NCBI GenBank assembly: GCA_963823665.1
Contig: CAWGMQ010000004.1
Location: 2,176,001-2,240,000 of the forward strand
Direction: 5' to 3'
Origin: an uncultured Planctomycetota bacterium
GTDB lineage: Bacteria > Planctomycetota > Planctomycetia > Isosphaerales > Isosphaeraceae
Length of the DNA: 64,000 bases
In this document: positions 40,219 to 51,120 of the stretch, piece after piece
Numbering within the stretch: the stretch's first letter is position 1
How the letters are laid out: each line of letters begins with the position of its first letter
Notes under the pieces: generated by a model
What the model saw: the letters and a program-made list of their open reading frames with translations, nothing else
The model's database searches: none
What the model was told of the DNA's origin: nothing
Program-made: the position numbers and the translations under genes

Positions 40219-40411
40219 TGGGTTCTTAGAAACTTGCAGCAAAAGGAGCGGAGATTTCCCGCCGCGAATGTAGCGCCAACTTTCCCCCCCTTTAGAAGGG
40301 GGGGCCAGGGGGGGGCCGTCCCGGCGGCCGCCATCACAAGACCACCGCGCAACAGAAGCGCCGAATCTCTCACCGCGAAGTTCGTCAGTAAGGCCCACTT
40401 TTCAACAGCCC
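40219..40411. repeat. MITE-like dispersed element with a C/G-run hairpin, copy 1
   Basis: aaggagcg..ttcccgccgc..ctttccccccctttagaaggggggg..ggggggg shared with 58224-58322; ends acttttcaacagccc. Confidence 0.6.
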
Positions 40412-40673
40412 AGGGCCAGGGGGGCGCATTCTGGCAGCCGTCACTAGAATACCGTCGCGCATCAGAAAACGCCGAATCGTCGACCTCGAAATTCGCCCAA
40501 TCGGCTCACTTTTCATCAGCACACTTCCGCGCCCCCCGGATGCTCGAAGTCGCCCGCATGCAGGGAATCTTACCATTTTTCAGATAAGCGAGCGCTCCGT
40601 AGTATCGGTCACAACATTTGGTACGCGCCGTCATCGCATACGTAAAACAAGTTCTCCACCAGCCATTCGCCTT

Positions 40674-41063
40674 TCAGGAAGGCCCTTGATCTTGCCTTGG
40701 CGTGCCAATCGCAAGTCTTCGAGCCAGCACTCCGCAACCCGTGCCAAACGTCGCCACCACGAGCGTGAACGCCGCAAGATACAAGATCGAAGTATACGTG
40801 TTCGGGTGCAGCGTGTCAGGCCAGCCGAGGACATGCTTGACCGCGTGCGCCGACGGTATGCACGCCCATGAAACGGTTGCCGCAATCCACCCGCTTCGAC
40901 CCCAGACGGCCCCAGCCATTACCGTCGCTGCCAGCAACAACCCAACGATGATGATCGGGCTAACCTCGCCCCCAAACGCCCAGTTGTCCACATAGACAAT
41001 AGCTGCTCCAGCTACGAGCCCTGTACCGAAAGGCGTCCACCACCCTGACAGAATGGGCTTCAT
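40674..41063 (-). CDS. Small four-TM membrane protein
   Basis: 129 aa with four hydrophobic segments. Confidence 0.7.
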   Translation of the reverse strand: MKPILSGWWTPFGTGLVAGAAIVYVDNWAFGGEVSPIIIVGLLLAATVMAGAVWGRSGWIAATVSWACIPSAHAVKHVLGWPDTLHPNTYTSILYLAAFTLVVATFGTGCGVLARRLAIGTPRQDQGPS

Positions 41064-41144
41064 ACGACTGACATCCCCTGCCCTGAGAAACAGGTCGGAA
41101 TTAACTTCCCGATTTCGTAATCCACCTCACCACGAACGAAAGCC

Positions 41145-41193
41145 CTCGTTCCGACGCTCCGCGTAGGAATGGTGTTTGTGCCGCTCCGCGGCG
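41145..41193. repeat. Dispersed palindromic repeat, copy 2
   Basis: ctcgttccgacgctccgcgtaggaat...ccgctccgcggcg; matches 21581-21629. Confidence 0.7.
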
Positions 41194-41504
41194 TGTTTGA
41201 TGTACATCAGTGGAAGTTGCCTCCGACCCCTTCCTGACACGACGATGAGCCTAGAGTCAAAGGCTGGCGAACACGATTGGAACGGCGAACTGCAAATAAC
41301 TTTGTAATGCAAAGTTAAATTTCCTCTAATTCCCCGTCTGCGTCAAGCGAAGTTTCCGTTTGGCAGCGCAAAGCATTTGCGTGCTCAGGTTCGCGGCTGA
41401 GCACTGCCAAGGAAAGTTAGGCCGCCTGGTCCAGGAAACCCTGTTGATATGTCTCCAGGGCCAGGCGGAAGTAGTCATCCCCGGCACGCTACCTTCAGCC
41501 GAGT

Positions 41505-44500
41505 CTAGACCCCGAACTTGTTATCGTTGCTCGTGGAGGCGAAGTTGCCAACGACCACGGACAGCGTATCAAGGAAAAACGTGCCGAGGTTATAGATGCC
41601 TCCCCCGATGCCCTGGCCTACGCTTCCGCCGGAGCCGGCCAGCCCACCCTGGGCCAGGTTGGCGCTGATGACGCTCGTCGTGACGGTGGCCGTGGCTCCC
41701 TGGTCGTTGAAGATGCCACCGCCTAGACCGTCTCCGCCACTGCCACCCGTGCCACCGGCGCCGCCTTCGGCCGCGTTCGCAAGGATCGCGGAGTTGCCAA
41801 TCGAAAGCGTGGCGGGGGCACTGTAAACCGCGGGGGAGTTGAAGAGCCCACCACCCTCACCCGCCCCGCCTGTGCCGCCGCCTGCGCCGCCGGCACCACC
41901 GATCGCCTGGTTCAGAGTAATGGTACTGTTGGTCACGGAGAGCGAGGTGGCCTGGTAGCTTTGAGCCATGCACAGCCCGCCGCCCTGGCCGGCGCCGCCC
42001 ACGCCGCCTGAGGCCCCTGTTCCTCCAGCACCGCCGGCGCCCCCCTGTGCCACGTTAGAGATGAACAGGCTGTTGCTCACGCTGGTGGTGGAAGACGTGG
42101 TGTTGGACAGGCCCCCGCCTTGGCCAGCACCCCCTGCGCCACCACTAGCACCGGCTGCCCCTGCGCCGCCGGCACCGCCGGAGGCCACGTCATGCACGAA
42201 AGAGCAGCCGTTGACTGTGGCGCTGGAGCCGCCGTCGACATTCATCCCACCTCCCTGGGCATACGCCCCTGCCACACCCGGGCTGCCACTGGTGCCCGCA
42301 CCGCCAGCGCCGCCCTGGGCCTGGTCGTGCGTGAACGTGGTGTTCGACACGACGACGGTGCTCAAGTAATCGACGTCGAGGCCGCCGCCGACGGCGAAGC
42401 CGAAAAACGAGTTCGAACTGCTGGCTCCGCCCTGGGCCACGCATTGCGTGAAATTGCAATTGGCAAGCGCCATGGTACTCTCGCCACTGACGAACATGCC
42501 GCCACCTTCGCCGTCGCTACCGCCGCCGTAGCTACCGCTTTCACCGGCGCCGCCCACAGCCACGTCCTGCTGGAAGTTGCAGTTGGTGAATGTGGCCGTC
42601 GCGCCCGAGAACGGCGAAAGGACTACGGTCGCGCCGCCGCCGTAGCCCTCCCCTCCGGAGGTGCTCCCGCTACCGCCGATGGCGCTGTTTCCGATGAAAT
42701 TGGTGTTACTCACCTCGCTTGTCCCCTGGGAACCAACCGACAATCCGCCGGTCCCCGCGATACCTCCGAAAAGGCCTGCGCCCCCCAAAGCCTGGTTGCC
42801 TGTGAACGTGCAGTTGCTCATGTCGAGCGCTCCGGTGGATGCGCCACCGGAGCCGGCGCCGCCACCCGCGCCGGAGCTATCCGCCCCGCCCTTCGCGAGG
42901 TTATCCACGAAAACGGTGTTGGTGATCGTCGCCGAATCGCAACCGAGCCCGCCTCCGCCTGAACCGCCGCCCTCTGCAGTGCTGCCGGTTGCCGGGCCGC
43001 CCTTCGCCTGATTCCCGGCCAGCGTCACGTTGGACAGGACCAGCGGCGCACCGGAGCCGACTCCGCCACCGCCGGCTCCGCCGCCAAATGTGGTTTCGGC
43101 CGGGCCGCCCTGGGCGAGATTGTCGTCCACGGCGCTGGAGCTGACCGTCAGTGCGCCGGATGGGCAGTACAACCCACCGCCTGAAGCCGACCCGCCCCCG
43201 AGGGGGAACGAAAAAATCCCTGAAATCCCTGAAGTGGTTCCGGAGCGGCCGCCGGAGAAACTCCCCGTCGCGTGATTGCCTTCCACGATGCTGTCAGTCA
43301 CGCTCGCGTTGACCTGGGCGCTCGCGACCCCGCCGCCGTTGCCGGCACCAGACGGACCGCTGCCATGTGCTGCGTTCGAAGCGACAGTCGTTCCGTTGAT
43401 CGTCAGCGTGGTGGCCGCCTGAGGCGCCTGAAAGCCGAAATCGAACCCATCGTCGATGCCGCCCCCGAAACCGGTTGAGCCTTGCAGGATGACCGTGATC
43501 CCGTTCAGGACATCCGTGGCGAGGTTGCCGCCCTGTGCTGTGTTGCCGTTGAGCGCGCTCTGCGAAATGGAGACATTGCCGGCGACGGCCCCCAGCGCGC
43601 CGCCTCTGCCGGAGCCGGCATCGGTCGGGTACGGAGGGTATGCATTAGAGACCGAATACAAGAGGCTGGAGCCACCCAGGGATTGGTTTCCCGTGAACGT
43701 GCTGTTGCCCACGACCAGGCTTGGCGTCGCCACCGTGAAGAAGGCGCCCTGGCCAATGGCGCCGCCCATTGCGGTGCCGACCACAACAAACGCCGCTGTG
43801 CTGCCCTCCGCGTTACCGTTGCTGCCGCCCTGCGCCAGGTTGTTCGTCAGCGTGCTGTTCGTAACGGAGAGCGCTCCGCCATCGTTCCAGAGCCCGCCGC
43901 CGCCCGCTACGCCAAGCAGGCTGGCGCTCAAGCCACCTGGGAGCGTGACGGCCACGCTCACCGCACCACCACTTGCGGCCACGGCCCGGTCGCCGGTGAA
44001 CGTGCTGTCGTTTATGGTGACCGTGCCGGCTTCGTTGTCGATGGCACCGCCGAACGCATTGCCGCCGCCGGTACCCCCGAGAGCCAGATCACCCGTAAAG
44101 GTGCTCTGCGAGACAGTCAGTGTCGCCCCCGGCTCGGTCTCCACCCCGCCACCCCGGCCGGCCCCGTCGCCGAACAGGCCACCTCCCGGCACTCCCTGCG
44201 CCACGTCAGCAGAGAGCACATCTTGGGTCAGCGTCAGGTTCCCCGCATTGAGGATCGCGGCCCCGTCGGTGGCTAAACCGTCCGTGAGCGTTAGACCGGA
44301 AATCACCACTTTCGCGCCACTGCCGATCTCGAACAACCGCGTTGCAGCATTGCCACTGATGGTCACGCCCGCATTGGGGCCCGTGATGGTCTCTAACCCG
44401 GTCGTGTCGTTCAGTACGAGCTGGCCGAGAATCGGACTAAGATGAATTGTCTGCGCAGTGTGGAACACCGTTTTGTCGAACGTGATCGTCTCGGTTCGTC

Positions 44501-44702
44501 CATTCGTATTCGCCTCGACGATCGCCTGGCGCAGGTCAGTCAAGCCGGCGACGGGCGTATCAGTGGGGTTGTTGACGACGATCGTGGAGAGCAGCGTGCG
44601 TGCCTCCAGCTCCAGCAGCGCCGGCCGGATTCGCCACCGTCGACGTCCGTGGAACGTACCCCGCCCGCCCGTCCGCTCGTGCCCCGTCAAGTTGTGACTC
44701 AT
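41505..44702 (-). CDS. Giant Gly-rich secreted beta-helix-like (PGRS-like) protein
   Basis: Planctomycete export motif RRRWRIRPALLELEARTLLS; many LTVxxSTFTGNxAxGG..GGG repeats; GGAG RBS before MSHNL. Confidence 0.88.
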   Translation of the reverse strand: MSHNLTGHERTGGRGTFHGRRRWRIRPALLELEARTLLSTIVVNNPTDTPVAGLTDLRQAIVEANTNGRTETITFDKTVFHTAQTIHLSPILGQLVLNDTTGLETITGPNAGVTISGNAATRLFEIGSGAKVVISGLTLTDGLATDGAAILNAGNLTLTQDVLSADVAQGVPGGGLFGDGAGRGGGVETEPGATLTVSQSTFTGDLALGGTGGGNAFGGAIDNEAGTVTINDSTFTGDRAVAASGGAVSVAVTLPGGLSASLLGVAGGGGLWNDGGALSVTNSTLTNNLAQGGSNGNAEGSTAAFVVVGTAMGGAIGQGAFFTVATPSLVVGNSTFTGNQSLGGSSLLYSVSNAYPPYPTDAGSGRGGALGAVAGNVSISQSALNGNTAQGGNLATDVLNGITVILQGSTGFGGGIDDGFDFGFQAPQAATTLTINGTTVASNAAHGSGPSGAGNGGGVASAQVNASVTDSIVEGNHATGSFSGGRSGTTSGISGIFSFPLGGGSASGGGLYCPSGALTVSSSAVDDNLAQGGPAETTFGGGAGGGGVGSGAPLVLSNVTLAGNQAKGGPATGSTAEGGGSGGGGLGCDSATITNTVFVDNLAKGGADSSGAGGGAGSGGASTGALDMSNCTFTGNQALGGAGLFGGIAGTGGLSVGSQGTSEVSNTNFIGNSAIGGSGSTSGGEGYGGGATVVLSPFSGATATFTNCNFQQDVAVGGAGESGSYGGGSDGEGGGMFVSGESTMALANCNFTQCVAQGGASSSNSFFGFAVGGGLDVDYLSTVVVSNTTFTHDQAQGGAGGAGTSGSPGVAGAYAQGGGMNVDGGSSATVNGCSFVHDVASGGAGGAGAAGASGGAGGAGQGGGLSNTTSSTTSVSNSLFISNVAQGGAGGAGGTGASGGVGGAGQGGGLCMAQSYQATSLSVTNSTITLNQAIGGAGGAGGGTGGAGEGGGLFNSPAVYSAPATLSIGNSAILANAAEGGAGGTGGSGGDGLGGGIFNDQGATATVTTSVISANLAQGGLAGSGGSVGQGIGGGIYNLGTFFLDTLSVVVGNFASTSNDNKFGV

Positions 44703-44752
44703 GGGTCTGTCGCTCCCGTTGTGCCGCAAAACCTGCCAATGGGATTCATGAG

Positions 44753-44796
44753 ATCCCCCTATCCCTAGAGCCCCATTCCCTGACCAGGTTGTTACG
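44753..44796 (-). promoter_or_regulatory. Putative ECF promoter, copy upstream of the Gly-rich gene
   Basis: 41/44 identical to 48650-48693; minus strand reads GTAACAAC-N17-CTCTA. Confidence 0.75.
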
Positions 44797-45039
44797 TGCC
44801 AAGATAGTGGTTGGCCTCTTGGAGCCGGCGGACCGCGCGGATTGGCCGAATTTACGGGTCAAGCCTCGGCTGGAAATCGATCAGCGCGCAGCCACAACTA
44901 TCTAGCGCGAGTTGTTTCCGATTTGACTTGATGTACTGCCCAGATAGGACCGGCCTTGTCGACGCGAGCCCGGCATTCGCGGATGATCGGCTCAGCCGGC
45001 GCGTCGAATTTCGCCAGCGGAACCCATGGGGGACCGACG

Positions 45040-45295
45040 TCACCTGATCCTGAGCGTGCGGCAAGTCGCTTCGTAGCTCGATTCCAGATCGAGCGAGATG
45101 GCCCAGTTTTCCTTGAGCCAGATAGGCAGCGTCGGCAGGGGTTGGCCGATGGCCAGCGGATGATACCAATTGTCCATCATGCGGCGGCGATCTTCGTAGC
45201 GCATGCGAAGCGTCGCGGCGTATATCGGCGGCGGTTCGCTTCCCAGGGCCGGATCGACGTCATGAAGAAAGTTCATCAATTCCGCATACGACAGC
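45040..45295 (-). pseudogene. C-terminal fragment of a DUF4058-family protein
   Basis: YAELM...PLAIGQPLPTLPIWL..ISLDLESSYEATCRTLRI; no start codon; begins right at the kinase stop. Confidence 0.75.
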
Positions 45296-45298
45296 GCG

Positions 45299-47938
45299 TT
45301 ATCGCGGCCGGCCGTTCCGCTTGACCTGCTCTCGGCATTCTTGCACCCACTGGGCCGACGGATAGGGCCAGTCCTTGCGTCGCGAGCCCAGCTCGTGGCC
45401 GCGTTCCAGGCTCGAGAGGGCCGCGGCGAGCTTCCCTTGTTTGAAGAGTGCCATGCCCAGGTCGCAGTGACTCTCGGCATGATCGGGTCTCAGCGCGATC
45501 GCCTTGCGGTAGGCAGCCTCCGCCTCGTCGGGACGACCGGCGTCATCTAAAAAATTGCCGAGTTTGTAGTGGGCGTCGGCGAAATCGGGCTTTAACTCGA
45601 TGGAACGCCGGCAAACGGCGATCGCCTCGTCAAGCTGGCGCTGCTCGCCGAGGACCCAGCCAAGCTTGAAGTGAGCCATGGCATAATCCGGCTTCAGCCC
45701 GATGGCCTGGCGATAGGTGACGGTCGCCTCGGCCAGCCGCCCGGCGCCGGTCAGCGCGTTGCCGAGGTTGTATCGCACTCCAGGGCTGTCGGGCCGCAGC
45801 GCCACGGCCACCGTCAAGAAACGAATCGCCTCCTCGTGCTTCGGCGGCTCGCATTCTTTCAGCGCGATGCCGAGGTCGTGGTTGATCCAGAAGTCTGCCG
45901 GGAAAGCCTGCTGGGCGCGCTGTAAGAGCGCCAGGGCAACGGCGCTCGCACCTCGCTGTTGCAGACCCAGTTCCAGGACGAACAATGCTTCCGACGGCTG
46001 TAGCGCATAATCGACCTCGCGCGCGAGCTTCTCCATCGCCTGGCGGTCATTCTTCTCGCGCGCCATGCGCACCCCCTGGCGCCAGGGGTCAGAGTCTACC
46101 AGGGCAAGAACCTGCTTGAGCCAGGCCGCTTCCGGCGCCTTTTCGTGATTCGCCAGGATCATCCAGTGGTCCAGGGCCGCCATGAGGGTGGCGCGAACCC
46201 GAGCAGGCCGGCGCGAAAGCGCGCGGGCCGTCTCCTCGGGTGCCTTCGCATTTCTGTGCAAACCATATGTTACGAAGGCCCGTTCATATTCCTTACGCGA
46301 AAGATGGATGACAAAATGGTTCTCCTCGACGTCCGACTGGCGAAGGCGGATGGCCTCGAGGCTCTTGAGCAAGGTAACGTCGGCCTGCTCTTCGGCCAGC
46401 TCGCGCACCAAGCCTTTGACGCGCTCGGTCACGGCCGGATCGGCGGCACAGTAAGGAAGAAGGGCGTCAGCGCGCGCGGCTGCTGCCTGCGCTTGCGACA
46501 ACTTACCTTCGTTCTGAAGGCGTTCCGAATCTTCCACGGCGGCGTCACGTTGGGCGGTTGACTTGGCACGCTGCGCGGCCCGGTCGCGCATGATCCAGCC
46601 GATGCTGGCGGCCAGCACGCTCAAGGCGGCGAGTGAGGCCGCTGCCGCCGAGAGCATCACCCCCCGGTGTCTGCGCGTCCACCTTCGCGTGCGATTGAGC
46701 AAAGTCACGGGCCTGGCGAGGATCGGCTCGTCGCTCAAGAACCGCTGCAAGTCGCTGGCCATTTCCTGGGCTGTTGCGTAGCGCTCTGCGGGATTCTTGG
46801 CCATCGCCTTGAGCACAATGGTTTCCAGATCCGCGGGCACTGCCTTGTTGAGCTTGCGCACGGGCCTGGGTTCTTCGATCGCGATCTGCCGCAGCAGCTC
46901 GTGACGGTCATGGCCGTTGAACGCGGGCTCGAGGGCCAAAAACTCATAGAGAGTTGCACCCAGTGAATAGAGGTCGGTGCGGTGGTCCACGCCGATGGGC
47001 TGGGCCAGGGCTTGTTCCGGGCTCATGTAGCGCAGCGTGCCCACGAGGTCTCCGGTGACAGTCAGTCCGACTTGTCCCTGGCGGCAGTGGGCCAGGCCGA
47101 AATCGGTAACCCACAAGTGGACACCGCTGGCGTCGGGTCCGTCTCCCCCTGGGGCGATCGCAGAACCCGCTTCGACGAGCAGGTTGGCCGGCTTGATATC
47201 GCGATGCACGACACCGAGCTGGTGAGCGTGTTCCAGCGCAAAGGCGGCCTGCATACCCAGGAGCGCCGCCGCGCGGACGTGCACGGAACTAGCAGCAAGA
47301 GTCTCCGTGGCTTGCGCAGGCGCAGTAGAATGTCCATTGCTCGGTAGGGTGCTGAAGTCCGACAAACCGCAATCTTTCCCGCGGCGCGAGTCTTTGACGA
47401 TCGCGGCGAGTGTTTGCCCCTCAATGTACTGCATCGCGTAGTAGTGGACGCCGCGTTCGCAGCCGACGCCGAAGACGGGCACGATGTTCGTATGGTGCAG
47501 GCTGGCGGCGGCCTGTGCTTCGTTCTTGAAGCGCTGTAACTGCCTGGCGTCGAGCGCGGCCGCAGACGGCAGCACCTTGAGCGCGACGCGGCGGCCGAGT
47601 GAGATCTGCTCGGCTTCGTAGACGACACCCATACCGCCGCGGCCAATTTCACGGACGAGCTGGAAGTCGCCGAGGCGGCCGAGGTCGGCTTGCCATTCGC
47701 TGGCCGGTGGCAGCTCTTGCGGGGCTGGATCTCGCAGATTGAGCGACGCGCCATGCAGGAATTCCAAGCTCGCCAGACAGGCTTTCAGAGGCTCTGCCAG
47801 GGCAGGGCAGCGGGCGGTTAGATCCTCGGGGTTCAGCCGGGCACCGGCTTCCAGCTTCGTCAGGAACTCTTCGAGAATGCTGATGACTTCGCTGGTTGGC
47901 TCGAGCGCCTCTTCGAGGGGAGGTACGATGGCCTTCAT
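45299..47938 (-). CDS. Membrane Ser/Thr protein kinase with C-terminal TPRs
   Basis: IGRGGMGVVYEA, HRDIKPANLL, DFGLA, GTLRYMSPEQ; one TM; TPRs (LKPDYAMAHFKLG etc.). Confidence 0.95.
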   Translation of the reverse strand: MKAIVPPLEEALEPTSEVISILEEFLTKLEAGARLNPEDLTARCPALAEPLKACLASLEFLHGASLNLRDPAPQELPPASEWQADLGRLGDFQLVREIGRGGMGVVYEAEQISLGRRVALKVLPSAAALDARQLQRFKNEAQAAASLHHTNIVPVFGVGCERGVHYYAMQYIEGQTLAAIVKDSRRGKDCGLSDFSTLPSNGHSTAPAQATETLAASSVHVRAAALLGMQAAFALEHAHQLGVVHRDIKPANLLVEAGSAIAPGGDGPDASGVHLWVTDFGLAHCRQGQVGLTVTGDLVGTLRYMSPEQALAQPIGVDHRTDLYSLGATLYEFLALEPAFNGHDRHELLRQIAIEEPRPVRKLNKAVPADLETIVLKAMAKNPAERYATAQEMASDLQRFLSDEPILARPVTLLNRTRRWTRRHRGVMLSAAAASLAALSVLAASIGWIMRDRAAQRAKSTAQRDAAVEDSERLQNEGKLSQAQAAAARADALLPYCAADPAVTERVKGLVRELAEEQADVTLLKSLEAIRLRQSDVEENHFVIHLSRKEYERAFVTYGLHRNAKAPEETARALSRRPARVRATLMAALDHWMILANHEKAPEAAWLKQVLALVDSDPWRQGVRMAREKNDRQAMEKLAREVDYALQPSEALFVLELGLQQRGASAVALALLQRAQQAFPADFWINHDLGIALKECEPPKHEEAIRFLTVAVALRPDSPGVRYNLGNALTGAGRLAEATVTYRQAIGLKPDYAMAHFKLGWVLGEQRQLDEAIAVCRRSIELKPDFADAHYKLGNFLDDAGRPDEAEAAYRKAIALRPDHAESHCDLGMALFKQGKLAAALSSLERGHELGSRRKDWPYPSAQWVQECREQVKRNGRPR

Positions 47939-48573
47939 AGCAGTTCCTCCGCTTGCAGCAGCCGGCGGAGCTGATCGACGGCGCGCACCCAGAGGATGCG
48001 AACGGCTCCGGCAGACCGGCCCATGCGGCGGGCCACCTCGGCGAACGGCAGGCCTTCCAGGTTCCGCAGGACGAGCACTTCACGGTAGTCTGCGGGCAGG
48101 CGAGCCAACTGATCGGCGAGGCGAGCGGAGTGTTCGCGGCGCCCGGCGCGGCTGCTGGGCGAGCTCGAGCGGCCGACGAGCGCGGTCTCAAGAGGAATTG
48201 TTCCCGAGGACCGCTCCATTGCGGAGACCTGCCCGTTCAGCGACACTTCCCGCCGGGTGCTCCGTTTCTTCGCCCCGACTTGACGCTGGACGACGCGGGC
48301 CAGGTTGTAGAACAAGATCTTGCGCAGCCAGGCGATCCATTCTCGATGGCTTGTGCCGCGGAAGTGTTGGAAGTCGCGGCAGGCATCAAGGAATGTCTCT
48401 TGGACCACGTCCGAGGCATCGACGCGGCCTTGGAGTCGGAGATCAATTTGCGCACGGGCCAGGAGGGCAAGGTCGGTGCGATAGAACTCCAGCACTCTGC
48501 CCAGCGACTCGGTGCGCCCGCCGCGGGCGTCAGCCAGAAGCTGCTCCGGATCGGATCTGCCCTTGGCGTTCAT
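47935..48573 (-). CDS. ECF sigma-70 factor, Planctomycete-specific subfamily
   Basis: LQGRVDASDVVQETFL, AWLRKIL, SSPS, LPADYREVLVLRNLEGLPFAEVARRMGRS; ATGA overlap with the kinase. Confidence 0.93.
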   Translation of the reverse strand: MNAKGRSDPEQLLADARGGRTESLGRVLEFYRTDLALLARAQIDLRLQGRVDASDVVQETFLDACRDFQHFRGTSHREWIAWLRKILFYNLARVVQRQVGAKKRSTRREVSLNGQVSAMERSSGTIPLETALVGRSSSPSSRAGRREHSARLADQLARLPADYREVLVLRNLEGLPFAEVARRMGRSAGAVRILWVRAVDQLRRLLQAEELL

Positions 48574-48649
48574 CAGGCCCCCCTGTATCTTTAGCCTGGA
48601 TCGTCAGTTTCCGCGAGCAGTTCCTCGGTTGCAATGCTGCGGTCCCACA

Positions 48650-48693
48650 ATCCCCCTATTCCTAGAGCCCCATTTCCTGACCAAGTTGTTACG
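48650..48693 (-). promoter_or_regulatory. Putative autoregulated ECF promoter
   Basis: 41/44 identical to 44753-44796; lies between the kup stop and the sigma start. Confidence 0.75.
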
Positions 48694-48699
48694 CGCGAC

Positions 48700-50654
48700 T
48701 CACAAATCAATCTGCGTCCCGATCTCAACGATCTGCTCGGCGGGCATGCCATACCGCCTTTCTTCATGGACGGCGTTACGGTTGAGGTACGAAAAGATCG
48801 CCTCAGGGATGCGGCTGATGCTCCCCTCATTGCTCGCCACGATCGTCTCGTGACCGATGTAATAAGTGGCATGATCGGGATCGAACGTGATTGCTTCGTC
48901 CTGTGCCACCGCCCGCAGCACCGGAACCAGCAGTGGCTCTTCCATGTAACCGAATGAGACAATCAGCTTGTAGAAGCCGTCGCCCAGCGCGGCCAGCGTG
49001 TAGCGCGACTCGTCTTCCACCTCCGCCCTTGGCATCTCCCGAACGGTCAGCAAGATAACCGTATCATGCAGCGAGCGGCTGCGCTCGACGTGATGCATGA
49101 GGACCGGGGGCACATGGTCGGCGCTGGGCGCAAGGAAGACCGCACTGCCGCGCACCCGCGAGCAAAGCCAGCGCTCGATCGAGGGCCGTGCCTTCTCGAG
49201 GCTAGAGAACTTCGACTTGTATCGCTCCATCAAGGCCGTCCGGCCCCGGCTCCAGATCAGCATGCCGGCGATGAGTGCAGCACCGATCAGCATCGGCACG
49301 TAACCGCCCTCGAAGAACTTGAAGAGATTGGCCACCAGGAACGGGATATCGAAGCACAGAAACAGGGCAAGCAGAGCCCCGGCTTTCCATTTGCTCCAGC
49401 CCCATGAGTAGCGTACGACGATGTAGTAGAGGATCGAGGTAATCGCCATCGTTCCCGTAACAGCGATTCCATACGCCGCGGCCAATCTCACGGACTCGCG
49501 AAACGTCAAGACCAGTGCAAGACAACCAATCGCGAGCAAAGTGTTGACTTCCGGAATGTAGATCTGCCCCTCGGTGTGATACGCCGTGTGCTTGATGGTC
49601 ACCCTGGGAAGATACCCGAGCAGCATCGCCTGGCGAGTCAGCGAGAATGCCCCGGAAATCAATGCTTGAGAAGCGATCACCGTCGCAGCGCTTGAGAGTA
49701 ACACGAGCAAGTAAGTGGGCAGACCTGCCGGCACCATGCCGTAGAACGGGTGCTCTACGGTCTCCGGATAGCGCAGGATCAGCGCCCCTGCCCCAGGTAG
49801 CCCAGAACGAGCGCGGGCAAGACGAAGAATGTCCACGTGAGGCGAATGGGCCGAATCCCAAAATGGCCCATGTCCGCGTACAACGCTTCACCGCCCGTCA
49901 CGGCGAGGACGACTGAACCAAGAATGAGCAGGCCGTGGATCCCATGGCGAAGGAAGAACGCAGCCCCGTGATGTGGGGAGAGTGCCACGAGGATCTGCGG
50001 CGCCTGGACGAGATGATACACGCCCAGCACTGCCATCGTCGCGAACCAGACCACCATCACAGGACCAAAGAGCTTGCCGACCTTCCCGGTTCCGAGCCGC
50101 TGGATCGAAAAGAGCGCCACCAGGATAGTGCATGTGACCGGCAGCACCAGCGGCGAGAGACGAGGACTGGCCACGGCCAGCCCTTCAACGGCGCTCAACA
50201 CGGAAATAGCCGGAGTGATCACGCCATCGCCATACAGCAGTGACGCACCGATTACAGCCAGCAATGCCATCCCGGTCACCTTGCCGCTTTGGACCGCATG
50301 CGTCCGGAACCGCTCCGGCACAATCGCCAGCAGCGCGAAAATTCCCCCTTCGCCACCGTGGTCGGCACGCATGACGAACGTCAAATATTTGACGGTCACC
50401 ACCATCACGAGTGCCCAGAACATTAGCGACAGGATCCCGAACAGATCGTCGACGCCGGCCTTTGTGCCCCCAGCCGCATGCATACATTCCCGCAGCGTAT
50501 AGAGAGGGCTGGTGCCGATGTCACCGAACACCACGCCCAGCGCACCGAGAGCCAGAGCCGCCAAGCTTGTTCGATGAAGAGTATGGTGCGCCGCAGCTTC
50601 CGCCGGTGCAGGCGTCAATTCCTTCACATCTTGTGTCGCGATCAATGGACCCAT
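48700..50654 (-). CDS. kup: KUP/HAK/KT potassium transporter; one frameshift at 49785-49788
   Basis: GVVFGDIGTSPLY, GEGGIFAL, GGEALYADMGHFG, GQIYIP, LAAAYGIAV; adding one G restores YLGQGALIL. Confidence 0.92.
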
Positions 50655-51120
50655 CCTCGGGGAACAAAAAGTCGGAAAAGCAGACTGTAACGGTAACTCT
50701 TGACATTAGATAGAGCCCCTACAAACCACTCCGCGAACCGCCTTAAAGCAACGGTCATGCCACGCGTGTTTTCGCTGGTGCAACCCGCGACTCCTACGTC
50801 GGTTGCAACAATGATCATTCAGGAGAGGTCCGGCCGATACGGCCGCTATCGTGCAAATTGCACAGTGCCGATTCTCAATTTGCACGACAGCAAACAGTGA
50901 TAATTTGTCCGCAAACGATCGACTGCGGCATTGTGATTCGCATTTGACATCTTGCAATGCGCGGCCTGTTTTGCCCAAATCAGCAATACAAAGCTGTTTG
51001 TAAATCTGAACGCACGAGCGAATCGTCCGACTCGCTAACCCATAACGGCATCGGCAGAGCTCAGCAAGGCAGAACCCGCTATGTTGAAAGCGGACAACTG
51101 ACAACTCACGAAACTCAACC

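Noticed and set aside
49779..49836. Programmed frameshift in kup
   Set aside because: No slippery heptamer; a one-base loss in a G run is better explained as a sequencing error
50710..50740. Third copy of the ECF promoter upstream of kup (tagagcccc)
   Set aside because: Only 9 bp match, and the GTTAC element is missing at the expected distance
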